A stretch of DNA of 64,000 nt from assembly GCA_053919585.1 (NCBI GenBank), contig CM132802.1; one strand, 5' to 3'. Origin of the DNA: Euprymna scolopes. Its lineage: Eukaryota. This document shows positions 1-13,705 of the stretch, in pieces. Below the pieces are notes generated by a model, which worked only from the letters and a program-made list of their open reading frames with translations, was not told the origin of the DNA and did not search any database. A program made the translations under genes and the position numbers. How positions within the stretch are numbered: position 1 is the stretch's first letter; each line of letters opens with the position of its first letter.

Positions 1-37
1 GCGCGCCTTGCATTTTGGGACCTCATACCAAACATAC

Positions 38-320
38 GGTCCTGGATATGACCTTAAACTATATTCAGTGGTGAGGCCCCACCTTGCGGGCTTTGGGGAG
101 TGTGGAGCCACCCTTTAATTGCCATTGCTCCCAGGTCCACTCCAACCCGGAGTGGTAGTACCTGTTAGGGTCCCAACTATGCGTTAAATAGAAACCGACT
201 TGAAAACAACAAATATATTCTATTAAAAAATCTGTCTTCAAAATCTTTGGATTCGGCATTAAATAACCTGAAAAGGGTTGATATGCCGTAAAACAAAAAC
301 AACCAACCAACCAACCAACC
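38..320 (+). mobile_element. SINE-like interspersed repeat (copy 1)
   Basis: Near-identical to 30193-30465; ends in a (CAAC)n tail. Confidence 0.75.
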
Positions 321-477
321 AACCACACACACACACATCTCAGTGAGTGCACATTTTTAAAGGCTGACATTCTTGGCACACGAAGATTGACAGTTGTTTA
401 CAAAACTCGGCTGTGTCAAAATCATTCGAAACTCTAAGTGCCTAAAAGGTCAACCTTGCATGCTGGCAGCTAAATTT

Positions 478-517
478 GAAGAAGAAGAAGAAGAAGAAGA
501 AGAAGAAGAAGAAGAAG

Positions 518-550
<33 letters not shown>
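478..550. repeat. (GAA)n(CAA)n compound microsatellite
   Basis: Direct reading. Confidence 0.95.
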
Positions 551-552
<2 letters not shown>

Positions 553-1229
553 AAAACAAAACAAAAAAAACGTGCGTTTAAATGTATATTTATCTCTCTC
601 TCCATGTCTCTGTCTCTCTCTCTCTTTTTCATTGTAAGATAGAGAAAGAGAGTAAAAATACTCTCTTTCTTTCTCTTTCAATGAAGAAAGAGAGGAGAAT
701 TAAATTGTATCGTTTTAAACCGTTGAAGCTGAGACTTTAAGCAGATGGGACACGTGCCTCAGCGCTCATAGCAGTTTTGGTCTGGTCACAGATGATGACG
801 GACGTAGGTCAACAATCACTGAATTTAAAATGCTCCTTAAGTATTAATAACCAAATAAATTTTATTTTTATAAAAAATATATTTGTTCGCTGTATTATAC
901 AAGCATTCAATTTCAGCAAGCCGTCCATGTCATCAACGATGATAAAATGCTACCTGTTATGATGCCGACCAAAAAGACTGGAGACAAGACCCACCAGCAT
1001 ATGTAGCCGACATCAAGTCAACCCTAATCAGCCTAGTGGTTTATCTTTGATGTTTCTATCGTCCATGTGCCTATCGTTTGATCGTGCCTAACAGCCAGGA
1101 AGCTGATTGCCATTTCCAGGCCATAACAACAGGTCAAGGAACGTCCGCACAAGGAATCAAGTAACTCTCTGGGTTCAAGACCTATCGGTTTACATACATG
1201 ATGAACTTCAATCACGTCATTTACTCATC

Positions 1230-2121
1230 CAGGGTTCGTACGGATTTTCAAGGACTTTTCAAGACAAAATTCAAATTTTCAAAATAAATTTTGAGGTTTG
1301 TTTTACAATCAACACCGATTCGAAAGAGCGGTAAAAAAAATTAAATATACAACAAATAAATGTTACCATAGCCAATAAAAGTTATTTGCAAGTAGATTAC
1401 CTGCACCATTTTTTTGTGTTTTTAAGTAGTTTTAAATGGTTCTTATTTCATCTCAAACATTAACTTTCTTTATGTTTATTATTTCTGATCAAGATGGCTG
1501 CCATCTTTTTCATTTTCTTTGGCCTGGCCGGCCTTATTTTCGGTTATCACAATTTTTGGGGGGCTTGGGAGGGAGTCGCTATTGGAGAGCCCCATCCTCA
1601 CAAGGAAAGTTTTTTAGTTGGTGATGGGAGGTAATTTTTATTAATGATGGTTGCCACTACTCCTCTCCCCTTGTGTCCTTCTCACAGATGAAAGCAAAAA
1701 TAGAGGGAAATTTGAATCCGCCCACTCCAAAAAATAGTGAGAAAAAAAATTGTGATAATTAAAAACTAGGTCAGTTATGTCCCTTTATGACAAAACTTCC
1801 TCAAGTCGTTTTGTCATAAAGGGACATAACTCATGCATCCACCACACAACTATACAATTTAAGAACAATGTATTTCGATTTTATTTTCAATATTTAAAAA
1901 ATATTTTACTGGTATTCCTATTGATACTGCAAAAAATTTAATTTTAAATATTTCAACAAAAATTCTTACTGTGCATAAAGAATGCAATTTTCAACGCCTT
2001 TTCAAGAGATTTTCAAGAAATTTTCTTTATTTTCAATGATTTTTCAAGATAATAATAGAAATAAGGTTTTTTCAAGGTAAAAGTCAGAATTCAAGGACTT
2101 TTCAAGCCTGTGCAAACCCTG
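1230..2121. mobile_element. Non-autonomous DNA transposon with 5-bp TSD
   Basis: TIR CAGGGTTCGTACGG / CCTGTGCAAACCCTG; TCATC on both flanks (1225-1229, 2122-2126); subterminal TTTTCAAG repeats. Confidence 0.8.
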
Positions 2122-2371
2122 TCATCTTTCTGCAATAAAAATACCAACATCACCAATATTCCCTCATCATTTATAGTCAAATACAGGTTATAGAACTTGA
2201 ATGCCTAGTAGACACTATCATCGAGTGTCTAAGGTCTCTCTGTACAAGACAACCTGGCATGAGAACACTTTTCCCTAAAAGTAAACTATGACTGAATATT
2301 CACAATCACATAGAATTCATGACCCAAATAAAATTTCAGTATGGTTAACCCACACTTGCTTTTATGAGGAA

Positions 2372-2827
2372 TTAGCCTGGGTGCCCGGCATTGCCCGCGT
2401 GTTTGGAGGGGTGTGTTGAGCAAAAAAAAAAAAAAAAAAAAGTGGTAGTAGTCAGGGAGGCTCGAACCTGAACAGCAAAGGAGGAAAAGAATGTAAAAAA
2501 AAAAAGTGACGTCTTTGTCATTGCGTCCATTGCAAGACTGGAAGTGGTGAAGCTTTAAATTAAGGCTAGTCAATCGAAAAGAAGGGATGATTTTCGAAAA
2601 TATCAGCGCAAAAAGAAGCCTCTCCTTGTAGAAAAGTGTCCAGTTGAGGGTGAAGGAATTAATGTTTTTAGACAATTTTTTGATATTTGTCGTCCCAAGG
2701 GTCGAGCTTCAAAACGATACAGATCTTCTGAAAATTCGTTGCCTCTGTCAAAGGTTTTAGGCAAACATACAAACATGCATACATACATACATACTTTTAA
2801 ACAGACAGGTGAGATTTATATAATAGA
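2372..2827 (-). mobile_element. Non-autonomous Helitron, family B
   Basis: On the minus strand: 5' TC, 3' GC-rich hairpin, CTAR end; homologous to 38380-38858 and 48792-49215. Confidence 0.75.
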
Positions 2828-3139
2828 TGGTGCACCTTCTCCAAGTCATATTACCTCAAGTAACAGCATGGAACTGGATACTCCACCAGACTAGATGAAT
2901 TCTTGTTCTGGAATCCAGTAAGACCAAGAGACTTCAAGAAAGATATACTATACATTTAAATTTTCAATTTGGGAGAGTAAAATCTTTGTTTGGATGGATG
3001 AATAATGCGTACAGAAATATGTTGGCAAGTTGAAATGCAAAATGTTTATTTCAACTTGCTGACAGATTTCTATTACTTTTGTGCATGTGCAAATTCATTC
3101 ATAGCTTGAAGTGGTTTAATTTTAAATCTTTCTTATATA

Positions 3140-3374
3140 TCTGTCAATAACTGAAATGGTAGGGAACACGTCTGGGGCGCTAAAGTTTTGGTTTCTATTC
3201 TAGCTTATGGTACCAAAGTCATTTTTGTTTTTAACTTTTGAAATCAGTACTACATATAAGGTACAATATAGTAGAAAATTGAATAATTAATAATAAATAC
3301 GAAATCTACATGAATTAAAACATATTTAAGCGTATTTTACAACCGGGCAAAGCTGCCCCCCTCCCTCCCACTAG
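3140..3374 (+). mobile_element. Short non-autonomous Helitron
   Basis: A^TC start; ACCGGGCAAAGCTGCCC hairpin then CTAG^T. Confidence 0.55.
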
Positions 3375-4083
3375 TTATTCATAAATATTTACAGAAAACA
3401 GCATTGCTTTCCTTATATAGTTTTATAATTTGAAAAAAGAAGAAACTCTTTTAGCTTAGGATAATTTGATTTTTTAAAAAAAATTGAAATGCATGTCAAA
3501 AACTGAATCAATAACCTTAAATTATTGATCTTCAATGCTTTTATAAAGTTTTAGGGGCTTTTCTGAGTGAATCAAATATAACGAAAATTATGTTCTTTTA
3601 AAAATCAATTTCAAAACTATTACATTTATATAAAGCATGAACTCGGCTCTTGATTCATGGTAATCTAGAAATTGCAAAAAAAACAAAAACAAAAAAAAAA
3701 CATTGAAAATAGAGAAAAAAAAATTGATATAGCAAGTCTTTACATCACCAGTAAAATCAAAGATTGTGTCGAATGTCAATAAATACGCACATGAGAAAAT
3801 CTTTGGAGATTAGACTCGGAGGTGGGAGGAAAGAAGATTGTTCACCTTGGGGTTAGGAGTTTTTTTTTGTTATGTTTTAGAACGACGTTTATGCATATAT
3901 GCATTCGCATTTAGATATGATTTCAATCGTTGCTACATTTACTGCTTAAAGGCTGCCACGGTGTTGCAAGAATTATAGCTTTTAGATCTGGTAAAATTTT
4001 AAAATCAATGCTGAGTAAGTGAGGGCACCTGCACTTAAGCTTACCTGAGAATGGGATCGGCAATAAAGGTTAACGACTTCAAT

Positions 4084-4084
<1 letters not shown>

Positions 4085-4143
<59 letters not shown>

Positions 4144-4154
4144 TTATCTATCTA
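4085..4154. repeat. (TATC)n microsatellite
   Basis: Direct reading. Confidence 0.95.
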
Positions 4155-4909
4155 TGATATAAAAAGAACTTTGTGTATGTGTGTGTGAGTTCGTTCCCTA
4201 TGGACTCGAAAATGGTTCAGCCGATTTTTATGAAATTTCACACGAAGGTATTTTATGTGCCTGGCAGTGTTGTTAGATAGGTTTTGTATTGGAATATTGT
4301 CAATAAGTATCGATAATCGATATAATCTGATGAAAGAAAGAACTGGCGATTTTGATCAAACACCTTGCACAGCCTAACATCACCAGTGAATTTGAAAAGT
4401 TTTATTACCACACAAGCAGAAAGACCCAACATATAAAATCAACAGTAGGTTCTTTTATATAACTAGAGTGCGTTCGAAATGAATGTTTCTGTTTGAAGCA
4501 CAACTGTACCATGATACTTGACTTTTTCATTTTAAATTTAAATTCAAGCCATTATCACCACACAAGCAGTAAGATCAGGCATATAAAATCAACAGTAGGT
4601 TGTTTGATATGACAGGAGCGCATTCGAAATGTTTCTGTTTAGAGCACAGCTGAAGCATAATACTTAACTTTTGCATTTTAAAATTTAATTCAAGTTTTCA
4701 TATAGAAAAAAATAATTTAATAAAATCAACAGTAGATTCTTTGTAGTACAATGGAGATTACAATGCATGGTCCCTAACTAGAGCAGGTAATCAATCGATT
4801 TGATTGAAAAATGGCCGATTTCATCGATTTTGATGATAATAAAAATATGGAAGTGTGAAACATTCGTTGATCATTATTCAATCCCGGGAAACGTCAGATC
4901 TTCCTGCTA

Positions 4910-4910
<1 letters not shown>
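4151..4910 (+). mobile_element. Non-autonomous Helitron
   Basis: TC start, CCCGGG hairpin region and CTAG end; internal ~145-bp duplication; inverted partial copy at ~47105-47670. Confidence 0.7.
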
Positions 4911-4983
<73 letters not shown>

Positions 4984-5036
4984 TACCAGGGAGATCTAAC
5001 GTTTCCCTGGATTGAATAATGATCAACGAATGTTTC

Positions 5037-5111
<75 letters not shown>

Positions 5112-5246
5112 TCATTCACCTTAATTTCCTTCATTCTGTGGCAATTGTATCGTGGCCCTGAGGTAGAGGCTTAGCAAATGGAGTAATAGGTGGCTTCATG
5201 CCTGAAACACTAGTGTCTGAAGGTATAAAGGATAATTATTATTTAA

Positions 5247-6346
5247 CTAGCGGGACCTGTGGAAATTTCCACAGAGGACTCATTCATATGTAATATATTG
5301 ATGTTGGCATTTTGTAGATGTTCAGTGTAAATGGAGACGCTCTGATATTATTGTAAGTCTTTTGTTAAAACTGCAAAAGTATTTATCTAAGCTAGCAGGG
5401 ACGCCCGGCATAGCCCAGTCGTAAAGTACCCTTAAATATCATAATTTAATTCTTGCAGATTTCGTATATATTATTATAGAGTTTATGTTCTATCGATTTT
5501 TATATATTATAAAGTTGCGATTTAAAAAAAAAAAAACCTATATCAATGGGTGCATCAGCTTGAATTGAAACTGAAACTAAAACTTATGAATATATATATA
5601 CTAGCAAAAGTACCCGTCGTTGACTGGGTTCGAAAACAGCCTACAGAAAATGGACTCTAATTTATGAAAGTATGATAGGTTATGAAAAGGAAGGGTTGTA
5701 AAGCGATAGCTTCGAATTTGGGGGTATCAAAACCAAAGCAAAATATTATGAAAGTAAAAATAAAATAGATAAACCCCATAATTTATTATACCATACCTGT
5801 TCACACTGAAACACTTATCACAATATTCTGTGGATCTATATTAAAAAACCTTGTTAAACTTTGTGACGTGTTTCCATTATATAGAGGTCAGGCGCGAACG
5901 AACACCCCATAATTTTATTATACGATATTTCTTCAAACTGAAACATAATTATCAAAGTATACTTACGCAGATAGATATGAAAAGTCTTTATTAAAGTTTG
6001 TGCCTATTTCCATTCTATGGAGGCCAGGTGTGAACGCAGACCCCACAATTTTATTATACCATCCTTATTTAAGTTAAAACATACTTATCAAAGTATTCTT
6101 ATGTACATCTATATCAAAAACACTTGTAAACGTTTTTTTTTTAATTTTTAAATTTTTTATTTTCATACTTTGTGGACCAGGCACGAACGCATACCCCACA
6201 ATTTTAATGAACCACCGTTCTGCCAGATCAAAAATACCCATTCCTGTGTCTCGATGCATCTTCTATCATTATATGTAACCAGTTTTTTAAAATAGTCAAC
6301 CATATAGGAGCCTATCCGTGACCAGACACACACACACACACAGCTT

Positions 6347-6415
<69 letters not shown>

Positions 6416-6574
6416 ACTTGAGTTCCTTCAGCCATAATTGAAACCGAAACTAAAACTTAAGAAGAATTCTTGGTAAAATTATTTATTACAAGAAATGGAA
6501 GTTCATAACAATTAGACAACAGTTACTTGGATGTATACATGACACACAAAATAAATGACGCACACGTTATCCTA

Positions 6575-6585
<11 letters not shown>
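5247..6585 (-). mobile_element. Composite Helitron with two tandem 3' ends, carrying a nested Helitron
   Basis: CTAG plus hairpin at 5247 and again at 5392; the same junction is present inverted at 59341-59562. Confidence 0.6.
5601..6355 (-). mobile_element. Non-autonomous Helitron, family C (nested)
   Basis: Highly similar to 53304-54056; CTAG end sits in a (TA)n run. Confidence 0.8.
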
Positions 6586-6644
<59 letters not shown>

Positions 6645-7131
6645 TGATTCCAAATCTGCAGTTAGCTTGGCTAAGCTAGATCAACTATTTAGCAACTGAA
6701 CAACCTACTGACAACGGAGCCAAGGTTAACTTTTACTTTTAGATTAACTGCATATTCATTTATTTAAATGCGATGCAGCGGCACACGTACATAAAATAAC
6801 CTTAATTTATATATATATATATATATATATATAGACCGTTTGGGATCTAAACAATATTTGTATGAATAAATTAAAAATAAAACGTACTTCCTCTTTATAA
6901 ATGTCAAGCATGAGTACCGACCCCACACTATTATTAGCATGAATAAATTATAAATAAAATTATTTATTTAAAATAATTATACATCGACACACTACTTTTT
7001 TTCATCACTTAAAAATGCTGAATCACAAAAAGTATCATTTTTTATTAGCTATACATACTCGGTGCTGCCAGGTAAAAAAGATATTCTCGGGCGGAGGGTT
7101 TAATCACACTATTTAAGATGCACCAAATATT

Positions 7132-7664
7132 GAAAGGACTTGGCCTGCCTTGATAGAGTTCAAAATAGACTTCGTAGCCTCGTAGGAGATGTCCTTTTCT
7201 CTTCCTTGCAACCTCTATCTCACAGAAGAGATGTTGCGAGCTTGTCTCTGATGTATCGTTATTTTCATGGAAAGTGTTCGACTGAGCTTCAATCTATGGT
7301 CCCCCCTCGCCAAACTTTCACAAGAAACACTCGTCTAGCTGTAAACACTATCAATAATTACCCCCACTCTTTATCTGTGCCTAAACCTAAACGTAGATTC
7401 CATGAACAAAGCTTCTTTCTTAGAACTGCACGCCTGTGGAATTGTCTTCCGTTTTCCTGCTTTCCGGCTGACTACAATATGGTTGTGTTCAAGTCTAACA
7501 TAAATAAGTTCTTGATGAGCCGTTCCATATAAGTTATCAAATTTTCCAAATTTTCATTACTAATGATTACTATATTGTCCTATTTCTAATGTACAATCTT
7601 TAACCCTTATCCTTGAGTGGCCTCTTGGCCTTGATAATGTGGTGATGCCTATGTAAAAAAAAAA
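7132..7664 (+). mobile_element. 5'-truncated CR1/L2-group LINE, ORF2 C-terminus plus 3' UTR and poly(A)
   Basis: ORF 7140-7532 LDRVQNRL...PLSHRRDVASLSLMYRYFHGKCS; matches the 3' end of 31666-33650. Confidence 0.9.
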
Positions 7665-8065
7665 TATCCTAAGTTGTTACGATTTTCCTGAAAGTTGACC
7701 AGATTTTGGATTTTTGGAACATAAAACAACCATTTTCAAAATTATGAAATTCAAACAAGGAAATAAAAGGGAAATAACTCACAGGTTAAATGAAAACTTT
7801 TGTGTTGAAACGAAGCTGATCTTGGTTATAATAATCAATAAAAAGAAATTAAATGTAAATTAAATTAAAGATAAATTAAATAAATCAACTTTATATAATA
7901 TTTCTAAATAGAGTACGTTAAGCAATTCTATTAATAATTTCTATTAACAATTTAGAGCTAATTGTTAAAATAGATTTTCATTTAATGTAATATGCAAATG
8001 AGATAACCTCATCAATGCTGATTCCTTTTGAATGAACAGTATATATAGAAATCATGCAGAAATAA

Positions 8066-8674
8066 TCTATCCATAAATATAAAAGCGAAAATGTGTGTAT
8101 GTATGTAGGTATGTCCGCTTTTTGTGTATGTCTGTAAAAGGCTTTTTTCGCTGGACTTTTCAGTCAGCTCATTCCTTCTTAAAACTTTTTATATCACGTC
8201 TAAATGATAATATATACGAGTTACGAACGGGGATCGCCTGTCTATTTAATTTGCCCGACTTTCACGCGCTATTTTTCCAGATTTTTAGAGCGTCCCTTGT
8301 ATCTTTCATTTTTCAGTATAAAACAAATGAAAACTGGCTTGCAGCCGCATCATGTTTCAAGGTCAAACATCATGCGACTTAAGGTTCTCGCACCTGTTAA
8401 TTTCATTTCATAAACGTTAAAATAAGAGGTTTATCATTCCTTTTCTCTCGTGGCCGAGATGGCTAGGTCACAGGGTTTTTGTCCAGTTTGTTTCCATCTC
8501 CACGTCAAAGGTTCGGGGTTCAAGCCTACTTTCCTCCTAAAACATTTTTTTTTCTTTTACACCTCCAAACACTCGGCCAACGTTTTTTTTTTTTAAACAG
8601 GGTTGTTTTCATCACTCCCCCAACACACACACCTACAAACACCCGGGCCACGCCAGATCCCCCCCCCCCGCTAG
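8066..8674 (+). mobile_element. Non-autonomous Helitron with tRNA-like segment
   Basis: A^TC start; CCCGGG hairpin region then CTAG^T; A-box TGGCCGAGATGG and B-box GGTTCAAGCC at ~8451-8526. Confidence 0.7.
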
Positions 8675-11600
8675 TAGTATATAAAAGTCCATTCTAAATA
8701 TTAAAATCTATTTGTGAAACAGTCTATGTTTTCTATATATTAACGAAATTGTGAACAAACAGACAGAAATACAACTTTATTTTAATAGATGACTCCTTGG
8801 CCTTTTGACAAAAGTGTAATAAAATCTTTGTATATATGTACAATGAACAAACAAAATTTCAAATCAATTTGTAGATATCTTCAGTAGAATAATTCTTAGT
8901 GTAAATGTGATATTGTGGGGACTGTGATGATTCTAGTCAAAAGTGTCAGTATTAGTGACCGCGGATGATCAACGACACCCATTATCCTCACAGTTTTGAA
9001 TGGCCTTGTGCCTAATTTGTCGTTATTGTAACTTTAAAAAAAAAAAAATATTTCTACCAATAAATATTTAAAAATGTAGTATCTGTCCTTAACATCAATC
9101 CCATTTGATACCAGAAGTTTTAATATAATTATCTCGGATGAAAAAAAAGTTCAAAATACAGTCAGACATACAGAGAAAGTGCTGCTTATAAGTGGATATA
9201 TCCTGAGTGTGGCTAGATATGATAAATGATTCTGAAATCAAAACGCCTCCACAGATTTTGGTTTAGCATTATGTATATTCTAGCTGCTGCTGATTAATAA
9301 ATATGTCACTTGTAAATGATTTCTATTGACATAATAAAAATACAATTTCTTTCCTATAATGGACGTCATGTTTGTTTCATGTTTTTTAATACAATTTTTA
9401 GATGTGTATAGATTTGTCTGTTTCCAGATGAAAAGGGAATAAAACCAGCCGTTGTAATGTATACGAAAATAAGTTAAGGTGTTGAAGTCAGTGGTGGAGT
9501 ATAAGTCTGAGTTGTGTCATTAGAGTTGTTGTAGTCGTGTAGGTGATGTTGGTGTTAGAATCAAAAGTTGTGTTAGAGTCAAGGAGTCAGGGATGAAAGG
9601 AACTTTGTAGAATTGAAGTCTAACTTATGAAGTTCAAAATAATCTGATTTGATTTGAGTCTAGTCAGTTTTCCCTCAGCATCAAAACCAAAGTATAGACT
9701 GTTGTTAGGATAACTTTTCCCTGTTGTCCAAGATATGGTGTTTGTCCTGTGCAGTTATAAGAGGTCCACCCACCCAAGCTTTATTTACTCTCTTTGAGAA
9801 GGAATTACTTTAATGCTAATCGTCTGAAGCGCTCCTACTGAGAAATGCTAACAGAGCTGCACAGACAGTTCCTGCATGTCATAGTGCTATTCCTCTAGGG
9901 TGCAGGCTCTTCAAATCCCACTTTTTGATCTTTGAATCACACCACTCTGCCATAGGAGGGAGATAAATATAAGGTCAATTTGGGGAATCAAACTTGTAGA
10001 GTCAGTGAAGAAAAGTTAGAGAGAGAATTAGAGTCACAAAGTCTGTTAACACATCAAATTATAACTGGAGAAAAAAAATCTTATATTGTCGAGTTAGAAA
10101 AGGGAAAGAGAGGGAGAGAAATAGAGGGGGAAGGAGATGAGGAGAGAGAGGGTGAAAGAGACCTGGAATCAAAGAAAAGGATGGAGAGAAGCTCATGTGG
10201 TCAGGGTTGCAAAGCTTAAACGATGGAACTGACGTGCGATGCCATTCTTGGATTACTGGTCATAATTAATCAAAATGTATTGACGCTGTCTGAAATTCGT
10301 AATTTAACCTGCACATTATCAAATAATATAAACAACGATGTTCAAATTTCAATACAAGAAATATGCTAATAGCCTATTCATAATTTAGTAGTTGGAGTCG
10401 GTGTTTATTGCCCTCGTAGGGATTACAAATAAATAAGTCTGAGCTGAAAGGTTTTATATGCAGTCTCCACAGACTTCATGCCAAGCATTGTTAAATCAAA
10501 TCTTTATACTTAATGCAATTCTGCTAGTTTTCCTAGTAAAGAAAAAAGAGTGCATTATATTTGCTGAGATTTAAAGTAAAAACCACGAGCGAAGGGAACG
10601 ATAAAGGAACGTCTCAATGTCAGATGACTTAATCTTTAATCTTCATTTATGGGGGAAATGGTTGCTAAACCCTCAATATATGTCCAGTTGGACAGCAGAT
10701 AATCAGATATCGATCAGGTATAAAAAGCTATTCAGTACTAAAGATAAATATGCAAGGAAAGTAAAGATAAGACCGTGATTTTGATTTTGCTTCATAGTTG
10801 AATAAGGAGACTGTACTTTGAAGATGGAGCAAATATCATGCTCGTCATTGGATGGAATTTTTACATCCGCAGGAGATTAGATTTTAGTAAATGGCATGTC
10901 TTTGGTATAGTTTGTACTTAATGCCTCAAAGTACACAATTTTAAAAAAAAATTATTTTTGTCCTCTTTTTCACTACAAACATAGCCCATTGCCACTTGGA
11001 CGTGAGGGGTTACTGTTTGGGATCAGGAGACTGTAGAGAATTGAGACTCCATGACTAACACAGTCTCTTACTCTAACCTCAACATCTCTAACACTGACTT
11101 CACAAATCCACAGCTCAAACTCGTACTCCATGACTGACTTCCACATCTTAACCCCACTTTAATGCACATTACGGTCAGTTTTTATATTCTTATATCTGGG
11201 AACAAAAATCAATATACGTATCAGGTTAAGTTTTTTTTTTTTTTCTTGTTCTGACATTGATATTAAAAGCCTACTTTTCCCTCCTGAAAGCAAAATTTGA
11301 TACAAGGTTGTTTTTAATGCGGGGGGGGGGGGGTCAGCTCCTCAAAAAAGGTCACTCTGGAAGTAGACAAAAATAAAAATTGCCTTAGTATAGAAGGACC
11401 TCCCCACCATTGACCAAGGACAAACCAACCCAAGTGCAGCATCAAAACAAACACCACACTGTGATCCCAGCCTGAAGGCCAGATACGTTTTCTATTTAAA
11501 AATTATTAAAGCGTACATACTAATATACTCAGTCATGGATATGCGAGCAACTACATGAACAGTAACTAATTTGCATATACCTTAAAAACCCAGTGTTAAT

Positions 11601-11750
11601 TATTTATTCATTTGTTATGACTTCTTATTAGATGATTGGTTTCATTTCACTATTACGCTGAATTCTATTTATACATAGTTTCTACATTCTGCATAATTGC
11701 ATAGAATTCCAGATGAAAAAGTTCAAGCACACGGAAGTATTTTTATATAT

Positions 11751-11811
<61 letters not shown>

Positions 11812-12283
11812 TGGCCTTGTCGATGTTTGAGGGAAAAGTCACTACCAAACTCCTATCTGAATATTTGGGTTACACAGTTGAAATTTTATATATAGGATAT
11901 TTGAACCTGTAGCACATTTTCAATTTGAGTTTTAGCTGATAAAATATCTGCTAAGGGGTCAAAATTGAAAACAAAAAAAATCATTGACCTTCGTTGGCGT
12001 AAGTTGGCTACACACATTATTTACTGCACATGTGTTAATTAAACATTATAGGTTAAACGACATCATTTTATGCAGTTTATGTATACGCATGGGTGTAGGT
12101 CATACAATAATGGATAGTTTGACATTCAAAAATTGTATTTGGTCTTTTTTAAAGTGGAATCTATGGACAAACTAAGGAAGGAACATGCAGAATATTATTT
12201 AGATAAGGGCAGTAAGCTTCCACTTCCTTTTAGAGTGTCGCTGTTCTGTGGCTGTTTCCGGTATCTGTATATCGAAAGTGTTA

Positions 12284-12847
12284 TCTCCTATATATAAAAT
12301 GTTTTAGGTACTTTTTTTTACCGTATCACCAACTACACTATTTCCTTTAAACTGACGACTTCTATATGTTTTAGACTATGCTGAATAAGAAAATCTATTT
12401 TAACTTTGGTGGAGACAAGTAGTTTTCGAGATATAATGGCATGCATTATATACTATAATTCACTGTTCTACACACGCACAATAAGAAAGTGTACTTCTCT
12501 CCGCATGACACTGCTACCCACCTCCAATTTTTTTTTTTTAGTTTATAGTCTTTGCGGGTGGGTATGTTGACAACATATATCAAGGTTGAACTTAGAACAA
12601 ATACTTGGGCAGTCCCCCTTCCCCTCATAAAATGGTGTCTATTCCAAAAGCCATTCTTACTATGGCGAGGTTGGTCGTGTCTATACCATACAACGTTCTT
12701 AAAATGAGGAGGTTAGGGGTGTCTATTCCAAAACCTATTCTTAATATTAGGACGTTGGGGATTGGCCACCGACAACAACCATAGTTTAATTTTTACGAAG
12801 AGGGGGCATGCTTCCACCGGGCAACGCTGGTTAACAGGTCCTGCTAG
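12284..12847 (+). mobile_element. Non-autonomous Helitron
   Basis: TC start; CCGGGCAACGCTGG hairpin then CTAG^T; internal ~40-bp repeats (GTGTCTATTCCAAAA). Confidence 0.6.
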
Positions 12848-13071
12848 TATATAATATCTATAAATTCTTCCCGACAGCCATTTTTTTATTTGGTTTAGGT
12901 GTCTTTTATGAGAGAACTAATTACCTTGGATTACATATATCATATTTTCAATCGTTTTATCTATTGTACCACGTTTCCAGAAAGCTATGTTATTTCTTAA
13001 TATCCTAAAAAATACTTTTTTCATACAACTGTGTTCATTCAAAAATCAATGCATAATTTTATTCCCAGGCA

Positions 13072-13705
13072 TTAGCGGGACCTATGGAAATTCCACAGCA
13101 GCATCTTTCATTCATATTATATTGCTGCTGGACATACTCTGGATGTTCAGCGTGAATGTAAACCCTGCGATATTATGATAGACCTTTTGTTAAAATTGTA
13201 AAATTATTTATCTAAGTAATCTGGTTAATGTAGCGTCAGAATATATCTGGTTATTACGGTTTATTCCCAATATCCTTGTAGGAGTCTGTGACATATGTCC
13301 ATTGTATGGACGCCAGTGTAAACAGAAACCCCACAATATAATAATACCATCTTTAGACAGAACAGATACTACCTTTGGTTCCTAACCAGAAGACCAGGAA
13401 AGTATATTTTAGTTTCACGTATGGCCCAAAAGCGACATCATTTTTTTAAATTTTAGTTCTTTTTTACATTCAGTCTTTAGTGATCGGGAGATCCTATTTA
13501 TTCAAAAGGAGGATAGAAAGTGATACCATATAACAAACATTAAATCAGCGTATCGATATACTAATTTAATGTTAATAGTATGGTATCACCTTCTATCTTC
13601 TGTTTTGATAAATAGGATCTCCCGACTGAATCATTTATAATCTGGAAACTGTGACACACGTATATATGTACGTATGTTAAAGGTACTATGGTATTAATAT
13701 ATAGA
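13072..13705 (-). mobile_element. Non-autonomous Helitron, family D
   Basis: Reverse-complement homolog of 37253-37867; 3' end shared with the element at 5247. Confidence 0.7.

Noticed and set aside
394-681. Poly-E/Q, poly-C/S and poly-F ORFs
   Set aside because: Translations of microsatellites.
786-820. Possible hammerhead (GATGATGACGGACGTAGGTC)
   Set aside because: Lacks the CUGA start, GAAA and stems I/III.
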